Source of the DNA: Myxococcota bacterium
Lineage (GTDB): Bacteria; Myxococcota_A; UBA796; GCA-2862545
DNA: 43,653 bases
Direction: 5' to 3'
Assembly: GCA_039208735.1 (NCBI GenBank)
Contig: JBCCQY010000069.1
Coordinates: 1 to 43,653 of the forward strand
The translations under genes and the position numbers were made by a program. Below are positions 7,980 to 17,559 of the stretch, in pieces. The notes below the pieces were generated by a model. It did not search any database. It saw only the letters and a program-made list of their open reading frames with translations, and was not told the origin of the DNA. Position 1 is the first letter of the stretch; the number at the start of each line of letters is the position of its first letter.

Positions 7980-8918
7980 TCAACCCGAAGGCCAGCCGAA
8001 CTGGAACCCAAAGGCCGTGATTTCCATCGTTGCGTACATCACCGTGTGCAGAATGGCGGTGGGCCAACACGATTTCGAACGCCACGCGAACCAGCCCGCG
8101 ATGACGCCGCCAAACCACGACGCGATGAGTTCGGTCTCGGGCTTGCGAGCATGCAACAAGAAAAACGGGAAGGCCTGCAGAAGAATGGAAGCCAATGGCC
8201 CAAGGGCGCGGGCAAACCCAAACAGCATGAATCCGCGAAAGAAGAACTCCCAACAAAACATGTAGACGCCGATGGCTACCTGGTACTGAACGAGAGCGAG
8301 GACGTCACCGGCTCGGGCATCTGGATGTCTTGGGTAGAACTGGATGAAACTTGGATCGAACCACGCGGCGAGGGGGATGCTGATGCCGAGCACCACCACC
8401 ACGCCAAGGGCCAGCGGCCCCCACCAGCGCCAGTCGCCAAGCGAAAGTCCCCAGTCCGCCAGTCGGCTGCCGCCCACGCCTGCCGCCAGCACGATCGTGC
8501 CGAAAGACAGGGCCACCATCTGAACGAACCAGCTTGGGTCGTCTTGCCACTGGAGGAGCAGTTTCTTTGGGGGCAACGGGCCATACGCCCATTCGAGCGC
8601 CACGGTCAACGCGAAGCCCGTCGCCAGCACCGCCAAAGCGAGGGAAAGCCAGGCACGCCAGCGCGGCAGGGTTGGGTCGGTGGGCTTTCCGAAGGCACTC
8701 CTCCACATGTCATGGGCGATCGCAGCCGCCCAAGGCACGACGAGGAACACCACGATCGCGAGACCGGGCAACACCAAAAGGTCAGCTCGAGGTCCGTGAC
8801 GGATGTAGTGCAACTGGGGAAATGCCGCTACCGTAGCCAACCACAGCACGGTTCGGTGCTCGGTCAGCCACTCCCACAACTCTCGAATCGCAGAGACCAC
8901 GCCGCCAGATATGGCCAA
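7980..8918 (-). CDS. CPBP (Abi/CAAX-type) intramembrane glutamic endopeptidase
   Basis: WEFFFRG, FFLLH.RKPETE and AILH motifs in a multi-TM protein. Start uncertain. Confidence 0.85.
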   Translation of the reverse strand: MAISGGVVSAIRELWEWLTEHRTVLWLATVAAFPQLHYIRHGPRADLLVLPGLAIVVFLVVPWAAAIAHDMWRSAFGKPTDPTLPRWRAWLSLALAVLATGFALTVALEWAYGPLPPKKLLLQWQDDPSWFVQMVALSFGTIVLAAGVGGSRLADWGLSLGDWRWWGPLALGVVVVLGISIPLAAWFDPSFIQFYPRHPDARAGDVLALVQYQVAIGVYMFCWEFFFRGFMLFGFARALGPLASILLQAFPFFLLHARKPETELIASWFGGVIAGWFAWRSKSCWPTAILHTVMYATMEITAFGFQFGWPSG

Positions 8919-8929
8919 CCTCGCGTCCC

Positions 8930-8952
8930 TGCTATACTGAACTGATGTTCAG
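8930..8952 (+). promoter_or_regulatory. Extended -10 promoter overlapped by a myxobacterial-type LexA (SOS) box
   Basis: TG-C-TATACT (8930-8938) overlaps the palindrome CTGAAC-TGAT-GTTCAG (8937-8952). The reverse strand matches the M. xanthus consensus CTRHAMRYBYGTTCAG (as recalled) at 15 of 16 positions. Confidence 0.7.
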
Positions 8953-9007
8953 ACGAAGGGGACGATCGGCCGCCCATGGAGCGCCTCGTTCCCGTTGACT
9001 GGAGGAT

Positions 9008-9235
9008 GTGGTGAACTGGGATCGGAACGAAGGCCGTTTTACCTGTATTCTGCCCGGCGGGCTCGTCGCGCACGCCGTACAGACGACATCAGGATGGGAG
9101 GTGATGGTGCCAGGGGCGGGTATCCACGATTGGGTGCACAACCCAAGCCTCCGCACCTGGCTCTCGGCAAGGTCGGTCGTGGAACGACTGATTTGGGCGA
9201 GGCTCCACGATGGCATCGACGATCTGCCAATGTGA
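9008..9235 (+). CDS. Small hypothetical protein (74-75 aa), probably SOS-regulated
   Basis: GGAGG at 9001-9005 then GTG (9008 or 9011). Fills the gap between genes, has globular Trp-rich composition and sits behind the LexA box. Confidence 0.6.
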   Translation: MVNWDRNEGRFTCILPGGLVAHAVQTTSGWEVMVPGAGIHDWVHNPSLRTWLSARSVVERLIWARLHDGIDDLPM

Positions 9236-9346
9236 AGGCAAGCTTCTGCGAAGCTGATCTCCCAATTCATCGGATTCGCGTAATGCCTGCGCTACCGTCG
9301 AGTCAGGACGAGCGTGGCACCGAACGGGGGGCCAGGAGGAAGCGGG

Positions 9347-10714
9347 ATGAGGATCGTGATCATCGGCAACGGTGTTGCAGGGATGGAGGCTGCGTTGACC
9401 ATCCGGCAGCGGGAGGCCAACTGGTCCATCACCATCATCAGCGAAGAATCGGACCACTTCTTCTCGCGCACCGCGTTGATGTACGTGTTGTCCGGGCAGT
9501 TGAGCCACGCGTGCATCGAGCCTCTCGAGCGATCCACGTACGGCCTGCAGGGCTTCGAGCGGGTACGGGCCCGGGCCACCGGCATTGATCGTGAGGGCCA
9601 TGCGGTATTGCTCGCCGATGGGGAGCGGGTGCCCTACGACAAGCTCATCATCGCGTGCGGCAGCCGGCCTCGACCCGCTTCGTTTTGGCCCGGCTACGAC
9701 GATCTGAAGGGCGTCGGACACTTCGTGACGATGCAGGATCTGACTTGGCTCGAGCACGAGATGCACGACAAGCTCTCGCCCGCTCGGCCCCCCAACGAAG
9801 ACGCCCACCTCGCCCGAACCACGCCCGACAGTCCCTACCAACCTCGTCCCCCGGCTTCCCAGGTCAACGGCCGCAAAGCGGAGCGTCCGGTTGTGATCGG
9901 TGGCGGCTTGATTGGCATCGAGGTCATCGAGACGATGATCGCGGCGGGGCTGCGACCCACGTTCCTCATCCGTGAGGATTCGTTTTGGCCGATTGCCCTG
10001 GATCGCCAAGAGGCCTTGTGGATCGCCGAACAGATGCGGCACCACGGTGTTGAAGTGCGACTTGGAGAGAACGTCGAGCGGCTCGAAGGGGAAACGACCG
10101 TCCAGCGCGTGGTCACCGATCTCGATGTCCACAAGACGGATCTGGTGGTGGTCGCGATTGGGGTCGTACCCAACACAGATTGGATGGGCGATGCCATTGA
10201 GCGCGACAAGGGTGGAGGCATCCTCGTCGACAAGCAGCAACGCACGAACGACCCCGACGTCTATGCGTGTGGGGACTGCGCGAGCGTCGAGTGGTTCAAC
10301 GGATGGGTGCGCCCCGAGCAGCTTTGGTACACCGGACGGGACCAAGGGCGCATTGCGGCTCGGGCCGTGCTCGGCGACGACGTGCGCTACGAACGCGGCA
10401 TTTTCTACAATTCCGCCAAACTCATGGACATCGAGTACACGACGGCGGGCCTCGTCAACATGAAGGTCGAGGGCGAGGCGTCCTGGTACCACGAAGAAGA
10501 TGGTGCGGTGAAGTCCACGACCCGCATCGTGCACGTCGATGGTCAGGTGATCGGATTCAACTTCCTCGGTCGCCGATGGGACACCGAGGTGTGCATCCGC
10601 TGGATCGAGGAGCGCCGCACTCTGGAGTACGTCCTCGCTCACCTCAACGAGGCTCGATTCGACACCGAGTTTGTGCCCCCGCTTCAGATTCCCGTCGCAT
10701 CCTCCGCGGCCTGA
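9347..10714 (+). CDS. FAD/NAD(P)-dependent oxidoreductase (Pyr_redox_2, rubredoxin/ferredoxin reductase-like)
   Basis: IVIIGNGVAG (FAD), VVIGGGLIGIE (NAD) and TNDPDVYACGDCA motifs; AGGAGG RBS before ATG 9347. Confidence 0.9.
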   Translation: MRIVIIGNGVAGMEAALTIRQREANWSITIISEESDHFFSRTALMYVLSGQLSHACIEPLERSTYGLQGFERVRARATGIDREGHAVLLADGERVPYDKLIIACGSRPRPASFWPGYDDLKGVGHFVTMQDLTWLEHEMHDKLSPARPPNEDAHLARTTPDSPYQPRPPASQVNGRKAERPVVIGGGLIGIEVIETMIAAGLRPTFLIREDSFWPIALDRQEALWIAEQMRHHGVEVRLGENVERLEGETTVQRVVTDLDVHKTDLVVVAIGVVPNTDWMGDAIERDKGGGILVDKQQRTNDPDVYACGDCASVEWFNGWVRPEQLWYTGRDQGRIAARAVLGDDVRYERGIFYNSAKLMDIEYTTAGLVNMKVEGEASWYHEEDGAVKSTTRIVHVDGQVIGFNFLGRRWDTEVCIRWIEERRTLEYVLAHLNEARFDTEFVPPLQIPVASSAA

Positions 10715-10730
10715 AAGGAGACGATTCCTC

Positions 10731-11798
10731 ATGCACTTGCAAGCCCAACAGGGCCTGATGCGAACGTTTCGCCAGCCGTGGCGCAACCGGGGCGCGTTGG
10801 GTTGGGCCATCAGCGCCGTGCTGATCGGCTTCTACTGCGCGTTGTACTGGACCAACTGGCTCGAGCCGGTGGCGCAGTCTCTCGGCCTGCGAAACAAGTG
10901 GTTCCTTTACGGCATGCTCTACACGGTGGGCGTGACCGTCGGCGGGATCATCTATCTGCGGAAGCACGGGAATTCCCGCTATAATGTGCTTCGTATCGGC
11001 ACGAATATGAGCGTGCAGATCGCCTTCGGCTTCGCCCTGCCGTTCTTCATGCAGCCCGAGTTCTACTGGAGCTACTTCTGGCCACTGAAGTACGACTACT
11101 TCTACCCACAAACCTTGCAATCCCTGCCAACGTACATGGCGGTGTACACCGTCGTGGGCAGCACGGTCCTGGCTCCGTTGCTTGCGATCTTCACCGGTAA
11201 ACGCTGGTACTGCAGTTGGGTGTGCGGGTGTGGGGCGCTCGCCAACACCTTTGGAGACCCGTGGCGGCACCTCACCCACACGAGCACGCCGGCCTGGAAG
11301 TTCGAGAAGGTGGCGGTACACACGGTGCTGTTCATCGCGTTCGTGGCGACCGCCGTGATCGCCGCCGACCAGTTCATGACGACGTCGCAAGCCTTCACGG
11401 CCTTCGCGAACCAGACCAAGTCCTGGTACGGCTTCGTGGTCGGCGCCATTCTCGCCGGGGTCATCGGGACGGGGCTTTACCCCTTGCTCGGACCGCGGGT
11501 GTGGTGTCGGAACTTCTGCCCGATGGCGGCGATGCTCGGCATTGTGCAGAAAGCAGGCCGCTTCCGGATTCGGGTGAAGAAAGACATGTGCATCAGCTGC
11601 GGCAATTGCACGACCTACTGCGAGATGGGCATCGACGTGCGAAGCTACGCCCAATCAAACCAGTCTTTCACGCGGGCGAGCTGCGTGGGATGCGGCATGT
11701 GTGCTCACGTGTGCCCGCGGGGCGTGCTCAAGCTCGAAAATCACTTCGAGGTACAGGGCGACAAGGCCCGAGCCGGTCAGCCGACAATCGACTTCTAG
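10731..11798 (+). CDS. Membrane-bound 4Fe-4S binding protein (NapH/MauN/NosR-like polyferredoxin)
   Basis: TM helices; RWYCSWVCGCG and WCRNFCP motifs; two C-terminal ferredoxin motifs CISCGNCTTYC and CVGCGMCAHVCP; AAGGAG RBS. Confidence 0.9.
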   Translation: MHLQAQQGLMRTFRQPWRNRGALGWAISAVLIGFYCALYWTNWLEPVAQSLGLRNKWFLYGMLYTVGVTVGGIIYLRKHGNSRYNVLRIGTNMSVQIAFGFALPFFMQPEFYWSYFWPLKYDYFYPQTLQSLPTYMAVYTVVGSTVLAPLLAIFTGKRWYCSWVCGCGALANTFGDPWRHLTHTSTPAWKFEKVAVHTVLFIAFVATAVIAADQFMTTSQAFTAFANQTKSWYGFVVGAILAGVIGTGLYPLLGPRVWCRNFCPMAAMLGIVQKAGRFRIRVKKDMCISCGNCTTYCEMGIDVRSYAQSNQSFTRASCVGCGMCAHVCPRGVLKLENHFEVQGDKARAGQPTIDF

Positions 11799-11801
11799 GG
11801 G

Positions 11802-12770
11802 TCAGTTGACGTCGACGTCACCAAAGGGATCGTAGGTCTCGGCCGCGGCCTTCGCGGGTTGGCCTTCGAACACCATGGTTAGTGGATCGATCGCGGCCTT
11901 CATCCGTTCGAGGGCCTGCCTCACCACCACCGCAGCAAGATCGGTGGTCAGGCCGCCCGGGCGGTAAATGAGCCCGACCCGATGTCGCAGCCCGCCATCG
12001 TCGAGGTCGAGGTCGAACGCCCCAGTGCTGAACCGATGATTCACTCGCAGCACGAACTCCGCCACCTGGTCGAGCTGGTGGTAGGGAATGCCCTGGGGAA
12101 GCATCGTGGTCACACAAAGCTGCGCGTGCTCGGGTTCCACCCATGCGAGGCACCCCAATGCGGGAATGCCGTCGGGCGTGTTTAGGATCGCCTGGCACAT
12201 GCCGTTGTCTTCGAGCACATCGACATCGAGATCCAGCGCGCGCATCGCCTCGGCCAGGACCGCCACGTCACGAATCCAGCCCTCTCGGGGTTCGCCCCGC
12301 GGCACGTAGACGTCATCGGCGGCCTCGGTCGCATGGGTGCCTTCCACGACCTCAAGCAGGGGGTCTAAGACTCGGTGCATGCCCTTGAGGCACTCTTTGA
12401 TGGTGACCGCCACGAGCACGGGATCCGATGTCCCGACCCGGTGCAGGCCGACCCGGTAGTTCAGGCGTCGCTCATCGACGTCAAAGTCGATCGTGCCTGC
12501 CGTGAGATGGTGATTGGCCCGCAGCACGAAGTCCCGAACGGCCCGCTGGCGAGCCGCAGGTACCGACGGCACCAGCGTTTCGACCACACAGACATCCCCG
12601 CGATCGGGATGGGCCCACGCCACAAGGCCCAGCAGGCCCGGCGTGGTCTCGGCGACGACGGGCCCGTCGGGATCGACGAATTCAGCACGGAGCCCTAGCG
12701 CTTGCATGGCAAGCACCAACTGGCTCCAGGGTGACGTGTCGGCGGGCTCACCCACGAGGTTGCTCCCCAT
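11802..12770 (-). CDS. Protein with two tandem YbjN-like (type III chaperone fold) domains
   Basis: Internal duplication: VRDFVLRANHHLTAGTIDFDVDERRLNYRVGL versus VAEFVLRVNHRFSTGAFDLDLDDGGLRHRVGL. Confidence 0.75.
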   Translation of the reverse strand: MGSNLVGEPADTSPWSQLVLAMQALGLRAEFVDPDGPVVAETTPGLLGLVAWAHPDRGDVCVVETLVPSVPAARQRAVRDFVLRANHHLTAGTIDFDVDERRLNYRVGLHRVGTSDPVLVAVTIKECLKGMHRVLDPLLEVVEGTHATEAADDVYVPRGEPREGWIRDVAVLAEAMRALDLDVDVLEDNGMCQAILNTPDGIPALGCLAWVEPEHAQLCVTTMLPQGIPYHQLDQVAEFVLRVNHRFSTGAFDLDLDDGGLRHRVGLIYRPGGLTTDLAAVVVRQALERMKAAIDPLTMVFEGQPAKAAAETYDPFGDVDVN

Positions 12771-12944
12771 TCGCCTTCGTTACGGACGCCAGCAGATTCT
12801 CTCAACGCTCAGGACGATGGGTGTACTGACTCAACGCGCCAACTGCCAGTTTTCGTTGGACTTGTCTGCACGAAGCCCGCGAGCACGCGGGGCATCCTGA
12901 GGTTACGAAACCGTCTTCTCAAGTACGGCTGGAGCACAGCAATC

Positions 12945-13475
12945 ATGGCCCTTCTCGACATCATCACTGCCCCTCATCCGGTGCTTGAGCAGCCGGCCCG
13001 GGTCGTGCGGCCCGACGAGTTCGGACCCGATCTCGAGCGGTTGGTCTCGGACATGGCCGAGACGATGTACGCCGCCCCCGGGGTTGGTTTGGCCGCGCCG
13101 CAGGTGGGCGATCCTCGCCGCATCATCATTTTGGACCCTGGCGAGCGTCACGAACGGGGACAGCGGTTCTTCGCGCTCGTCAATCCGCGCATCGTCGAGC
13201 GCAGTGATGATACGATTCCCTGGCTTGAGACCTGCCTTTCGGTGCCAGAATTCGAGATTGAGGTCCAGCGCAATCGGATGATCAAGGTCGAGTGGCAGAA
13301 CGCAGCCGACGGTGAAGCGCGATCCGCGTGGTTCGAAGACTTCGAAGCGGTGATCGCACAACACGAGATCGACCACCTGCAAGGCACGATCCTGCTCGAT
13401 CGTGCGAGCCGTTTCAAGCGTAGCCGTTACCTGAAGAAGGTCTCAAAGGCCAAGAAGAGTCAGGTGCCCGCATGA
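12945..13475 (+). CDS. def: Peptide deformylase
   Basis: GVGLAAPQVG, ETCLSVP (EGCLS motif) and QHEIDHLQG. Confidence 0.97.
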   Translation: MALLDIITAPHPVLEQPARVVRPDEFGPDLERLVSDMAETMYAAPGVGLAAPQVGDPRRIIILDPGERHERGQRFFALVNPRIVERSDDTIPWLETCLSVPEFEIEVQRNRMIKVEWQNAADGEARSAWFEDFEAVIAQHEIDHLQGTILLDRASRFKRSRYLKKVSKAKKSQVPA

Positions 13476-14119
13476 TTGTTTCGTTGCTTGCTACGGTTGC
13501 TTTCGCGAAGAATCCTTGTACCGATCCGAACCTCCTGGAGGTTCACGCGGCCGCCATCAAGGACCTCTACGAGGACCATGAGAGCGCTCGCGAGGACCGC
13601 TTCAGCACGGATTTGCTCGCGAGTGAGGCCGCGAAGGCGGACCGCCGACGGGTCAACGAAGTGCTCAAGTACGACAAGCAGGACAAGCTCTGCAGCGGCC
13701 AAGACAAGTGGTACGCCGCGTGGATCCTGCAGTCGTCGTCCAAGATCGATGATCTGAAGCGGAGCTATGAGCTGGCGCAACAGACCATGCAGGAGCGCGT
13801 GCCGCGTGGCGCTTGGCTCACGGCCTACACCTTTGACCGCATGCGGTCGGCCGACGGCTATCGCCAGGCGTTTGGTACCCAGACCCGGGTGGATGGGGCC
13901 AATCGGCGTTGCCTCATCGAACTCGACGGCAGCATCGACGATGCAAAGCGCCAGAAGTACGGCGTGCCGCCCCTCGGCTCCATCTATCGGTCGGTGCTTG
14001 ATGCCAACGGCTTCGAAAAGGATGCTCCCACCGAAGCTCGCCTGCGTCGCCACAGCCTGATGTGTGACCCCGTGGCGCTCTTCGACCCCAAAACGAAGCG
14101 CCAGGCTCCCGGACAGTAG
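13472..14119 (+). CDS. Secreted hypothetical protein (DUF6624-like)
   Basis: ATGA overlap with def; signal peptide; AAWILQ..., DR...G..Q.FGTQ and R...GVPPL pattern. Confidence 0.7.
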   Translation: MIVSLLATVAFAKNPCTDPNLLEVHAAAIKDLYEDHESAREDRFSTDLLASEAAKADRRRVNEVLKYDKQDKLCSGQDKWYAAWILQSSSKIDDLKRSYELAQQTMQERVPRGAWLTAYTFDRMRSADGYRQAFGTQTRVDGANRRCLIELDGSIDDAKRQKYGVPPLGSIYRSVLDANGFEKDAPTEARLRRHSLMCDPVALFDPKTKRQAPGQ

Positions 14120-14220
14120 CCAGCTTTACAGTTCTTTTCCTTGGCTCCACGGAGTCGCAAATTGGCGGCTCTACGTTGGATGCAGACGGTCGCTCGATGG
14201 ACCGTCCCTGGGAGGAACCC

Positions 14221-14661
14221 ATGATGAATCGCGCCATTGCCGCCATTTCGATGCTCTTCTTGGCGGCCCCTGCGATGGCCGCGCCCCCCACTGTTCCGCA
14301 CGAACGTGCCATGGAGCGGATGGAAGAGGCACTCGACACTGTCGATGCCACCGATGCACAGCGTGCGGCCACCAAGGCCATCGTCGACGAGACCTTGCCC
14401 GAGATGAAGGCCTACCGTGCCGAAGGCAAGTTCATTCGTGAAGACATCCGCGCCGCGTTCGAAGCGGACAAGGTCGACCGCGAAGCGCTCGAGTCCGCCC
14501 GGCTCGATCTCGTCGATCTGTTTGACCGCGCCACGTCCACGATGTTTGGAATGTTCGCGGATATTGCCGATCTCTACTCGCCCGAGCAGCGCGCGGAGTG
14601 GCGCAAAATCCGCGAGGAACGTCGGCAGCAGTGGCGTCGTCGGCTCGGCTTCGACGGCTGA
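14221..14661 (+). CDS. Periplasmic Spy/CpxP-family (LTxxQ-type) chaperone/accessory protein
   Basis: Signal peptide AMA, helical, with ATDAQRA and YSPEQRAE repeats; directly upstream of an RR/HK pair. Confidence 0.8.
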   Translation: MMNRAIAAISMLFLAAPAMAAPPTVPHERAMERMEEALDTVDATDAQRAATKAIVDETLPEMKAYRAEGKFIREDIRAAFEADKVDREALESARLDLVDLFDRATSTMFGMFADIADLYSPEQRAEWRKIREERRQQWRRRLGFDG

Positions 14662-14664
14662 TCG

Positions 14665-15357
14665 GTGACGCCGCGCGTGCTGCTCGTCGACGATGACGCC
14701 GCTCTCGGTGAACTCGTGGGGACGTACCTCGAGGCCCACGGCTTTGCGGTCGATGCGGTAACCACCGGCGCCGAAGGGCAGAACCGCGCGCGCACCACCC
14801 CCTACGACGCCATTTTGCTCGATGTGATGCTGCCCGATGCGGACGGTTTCGAGTTGTGTCGGAGCCTTCGGGCCGAAAGCAACGTGCCGATCCTCATGCT
14901 GACCGCACGCGGGGAAGACACCGATCGCATCGTGGGGCTTGAACTGGGAGCGGACGACTACGTGCCGAAGCCCTTCAACCCCCGTGAACTCGTGGCCCGG
15001 CTCAAAGCCGTACTCCGAAGGGCGCGTCCCACGCCGACCGCGCCGGCTCCCCTGACCTTTGGCCGGCTCACCATCGACCCTGGATCCCGTTCGGTGTTGG
15101 TCGACGGGGTTCGAGCCGAACTGACGTCCTACCAATTCGATCTGCTGTGGGCCCTTGCGACGCGTGCGGGTCGGGTGCTTTCGCGTGGGCAGCTGATGGA
15201 GGCGGTAAAAGGGGAAACCCTCGAGCCCTTCGACCGGTCGATCGACGTTCACATCTCGCGCATTCGTGCGGCTATCGAGGACGACCCCCGCAAGCCGCGC
15301 CGCATCGTGACGCGCCGGGGAGCGGGCTACCTCTTCCTGCCCACGCAAGACACATGA
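14665..15357 (+). CDS. OmpR-family response regulator (CpxR-like)
   Basis: LLVDDD, LLDVMLP, GADDYVPKPF and winged-helix DRSIDVHISRIR...RGAGY. Confidence 0.95.
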   Translation: MTPRVLLVDDDAALGELVGTYLEAHGFAVDAVTTGAEGQNRARTTPYDAILLDVMLPDADGFELCRSLRAESNVPILMLTARGEDTDRIVGLELGADDYVPKPFNPRELVARLKAVLRRARPTPTAPAPLTFGRLTIDPGSRSVLVDGVRAELTSYQFDLLWALATRAGRVLSRGQLMEAVKGETLEPFDRSIDVHISRIRAAIEDDPRKPRRIVTRRGAGYLFLPTQDT

Positions 15358-16589
15358 TGCGTAGGCTCTACCTGCAGATCTACCTGGCCTTCGTCGCCGT
15401 GGGCATCGGCTCGCTGGTGGTGAGTGGCGTGGTCGTGTCGGCGCTGTTCGATCGCAACGCCGATTTGAGCTTTGCGGAACCCCTCGAGGCGGCCGGTTTG
15501 ATCGCCACGGTGACGCCCGACGCGTTGCCCAATGCGGTGCGCAGGATCGCCCAAGATCTCGATGCCGAGGTGGCGGTCTGGGATGCCGAGGGAGCCGTCC
15601 TTGCCCAGGTTGGACGCGTGCCCTACGGCCCCGAAGGATTTGTGCGCCGATGGGCCTTGGTGGGGGTCCGCTTTGACTTGCCCGATGGTCGTCGGGTGGG
15701 GGCCGTGCAGCGGAGCCCAGAGCGGGCATTGGGCGGGTTGGCCTGGCTCGTCGCCCTGGCGGGGTTGGTGGCGGTAGGGTGCTATCCGATCGCACGTCGG
15801 GTGACCCGGCGCCTGGAACTCGTGCAGGACGCCGTCGCACGCTGGGGAGCGGGCGACCTGTCGGCGCGCACGCCCGTGAAGGGCCGTGATGAGGTTGCGG
15901 GGGTTGCCGAGGCATTCAATGAGGCGGCCGGTGAAGTGGAGCGCCTCTTCGAGGCCCAGCGGCGAGTCCTGGCCAGTGCATCGCACGAACTCCGCAGTCC
16001 GTTGGCCCGCTTGCGAGTGGCGATTGAACTTGCCGCCGAGGACATCGCGCCCGAGGGATGGACGGATCGCGCGATCGTCGACATCACGGAACTTGACGCA
16101 ACGGTTGGCGACTTGTTGCAAGTGGGTCGAATGCAGGCCCTGAAAGCTCCTCCCAATCCCGAATCGATCGACCTCTTCGCGTTGGCCCAACAAGAAGCCG
16201 CAAACCGGGAGGGCGTGACCGTGAGGGGCACATCCGCTCCGCTGCAGGGCGATCAGCGATTGCTCCTGCGGCTCCTCCGCAACCTCCTCGACAATGCGGC
16301 GAGACACGGGGCTCCGCCGGTGGTCGTGGAGGTCTCGGATCGACGGCTCGTGGTTCGGGATGCGGGCCCAGGGGTGGATCCTGAGTTCGTCGATCGCATT
16401 TTCGAGCCGTTCGTGCGTCCGCCTCACCACGATGAAGGACGCGATGGAGGCGTGGGGCTCGGGCTCCATCTGGTTCGGGAGATTGCGCGCTCCCACGGGG
16501 GAGACGTCACTTACCTGCCCGGCAAAGAAGGTGGGAGCGCCTTCGTCGTGGAATTGGGCAGCGCGGATCGGGGCCAGGGTGCGCGTTAA
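15354..16589 (+). CDS. HAMP sensor histidine kinase (CpxA/RstB-like)
   Basis: ATGA overlap with the RR; two TM helices, HAMP domain, SHELRSPL H-box, NLLDNA, DAGPG and GLGL boxes. Confidence 0.93.
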   Translation: MMRRLYLQIYLAFVAVGIGSLVVSGVVVSALFDRNADLSFAEPLEAAGLIATVTPDALPNAVRRIAQDLDAEVAVWDAEGAVLAQVGRVPYGPEGFVRRWALVGVRFDLPDGRRVGAVQRSPERALGGLAWLVALAGLVAVGCYPIARRVTRRLELVQDAVARWGAGDLSARTPVKGRDEVAGVAEAFNEAAGEVERLFEAQRRVLASASHELRSPLARLRVAIELAAEDIAPEGWTDRAIVDITELDATVGDLLQVGRMQALKAPPNPESIDLFALAQQEAANREGVTVRGTSAPLQGDQRLLLRLLRNLLDNAARHGAPPVVVEVSDRRLVVRDAGPGVDPEFVDRIFEPFVRPPHHDEGRDGGVGLGLHLVREIARSHGGDVTYLPGKEGGSAFVVELGSADRGQGAR

Positions 16590-16597
16590 GCGAAGGC

Positions 16598-17557
16598 ATG
16601 CGAGTGATCTTCATGGGGACGCCGGACTTCGCGGTCCCGACCCTGGATGCGTTGGTCCAGGCGGGTCACGAAGTGGTGCTGGTGGTGGCCCAGCCCGACC
16701 GGCCGGCGGGTCGGGGCAACAAACTTCGTGCTCCCCCGGTCGCCGAACGGGCCGAGGCCCTGGGCCTTCCGCTCGCGCAACCCCGCGCCATCAAGCGAGG
16801 GCCGTTTCCCGAGCGCTACGCGAGCCTCGAAGCGGATGTGTCGGTCGTCATCGCCTATGGGCGCATCCTCACCGAACACCTGCTGAACGCTCCGCGACTG
16901 GGGTGCATCAACGTGCATGCCTCGTTGTTGCCCCGTTGGCGGGGCGCGGCCCCCATCCAACACGCCATCCTCGCGGGCGACACGGAAACCGGCGTGTGCA
17001 CGCAACAGATGGAGCCTGACCTCGACACGGGGCCCATCTTTGTAGAGCGACGCACGTCCATCTCCGTTGAGGATACGAGCGCCACCCTTCACGATCGGTT
17101 GTCCGAGCTGGCCGCGGATGCCGCAGTGGCGACGCTCGAGGCGCTTTCGTCGGATCCACCTGCGGTTCCCACGCCCCAGCCCGAAGAGGGGATCACGTGG
17201 GCGCCGAAGATCGAGAAGGCCGACGGTCGGATCGACCTGTCTGGATCCGCGATTGAACTGGATCGTCGGGTCAGGGCAATGACCCCGTGGCCCGGCGGGT
17301 TCCTGCCGTATGGGGAGGGCGCGTTGAAGCTTCGCGAGGTCGCCGTCGTCGACGAACAAGGCTCGCCGGGAACGGTGTTGTCGGTCGATCCGTTGGTCGT
17401 GGCGTGTGGAGAGCGGGCGCTCGAGCTGCGCACGGTTCAGGCGCCCGGGCGCACCGCGGTGGATGGGCGGTCGTTCGCCAACGGGGCCCGTCTGCGCCCC
17501 GGCGACCGACTGGGGTACGATGATGGCCAGCCGGCCGCCAGTCACGAACAGGGTTGA
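16598..17557 (+). CDS. fmt: Methionyl-tRNA formyltransferase
   Basis: MRVIFMGTPDFA, INVHASLLPRWRGAAPIQ and LDTGP motifs. Confidence 0.97.
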   Translation: MRVIFMGTPDFAVPTLDALVQAGHEVVLVVAQPDRPAGRGNKLRAPPVAERAEALGLPLAQPRAIKRGPFPERYASLEADVSVVIAYGRILTEHLLNAPRLGCINVHASLLPRWRGAAPIQHAILAGDTETGVCTQQMEPDLDTGPIFVERRTSISVEDTSATLHDRLSELAADAAVATLEALSSDPPAVPTPQPEEGITWAPKIEKADGRIDLSGSAIELDRRVRAMTPWPGGFLPYGEGALKLREVAVVDEQGSPGTVLSVDPLVVACGERALELRTVQAPGRTAVDGRSFANGARLRPGDRLGYDDGQPAASHEQG

Positions 17558-17559
17558 GC

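Noticed and set aside
9089..10810. 573-aa minus-strand ORF, and similar long ORFs at 4336..5652, 13984..15915, 21561..22961, 28401..29549 and 41092..42183
   Set aside because: They overlap genes with clear family motifs and have none of their own. Long shadow ORFs are expected at high GC.
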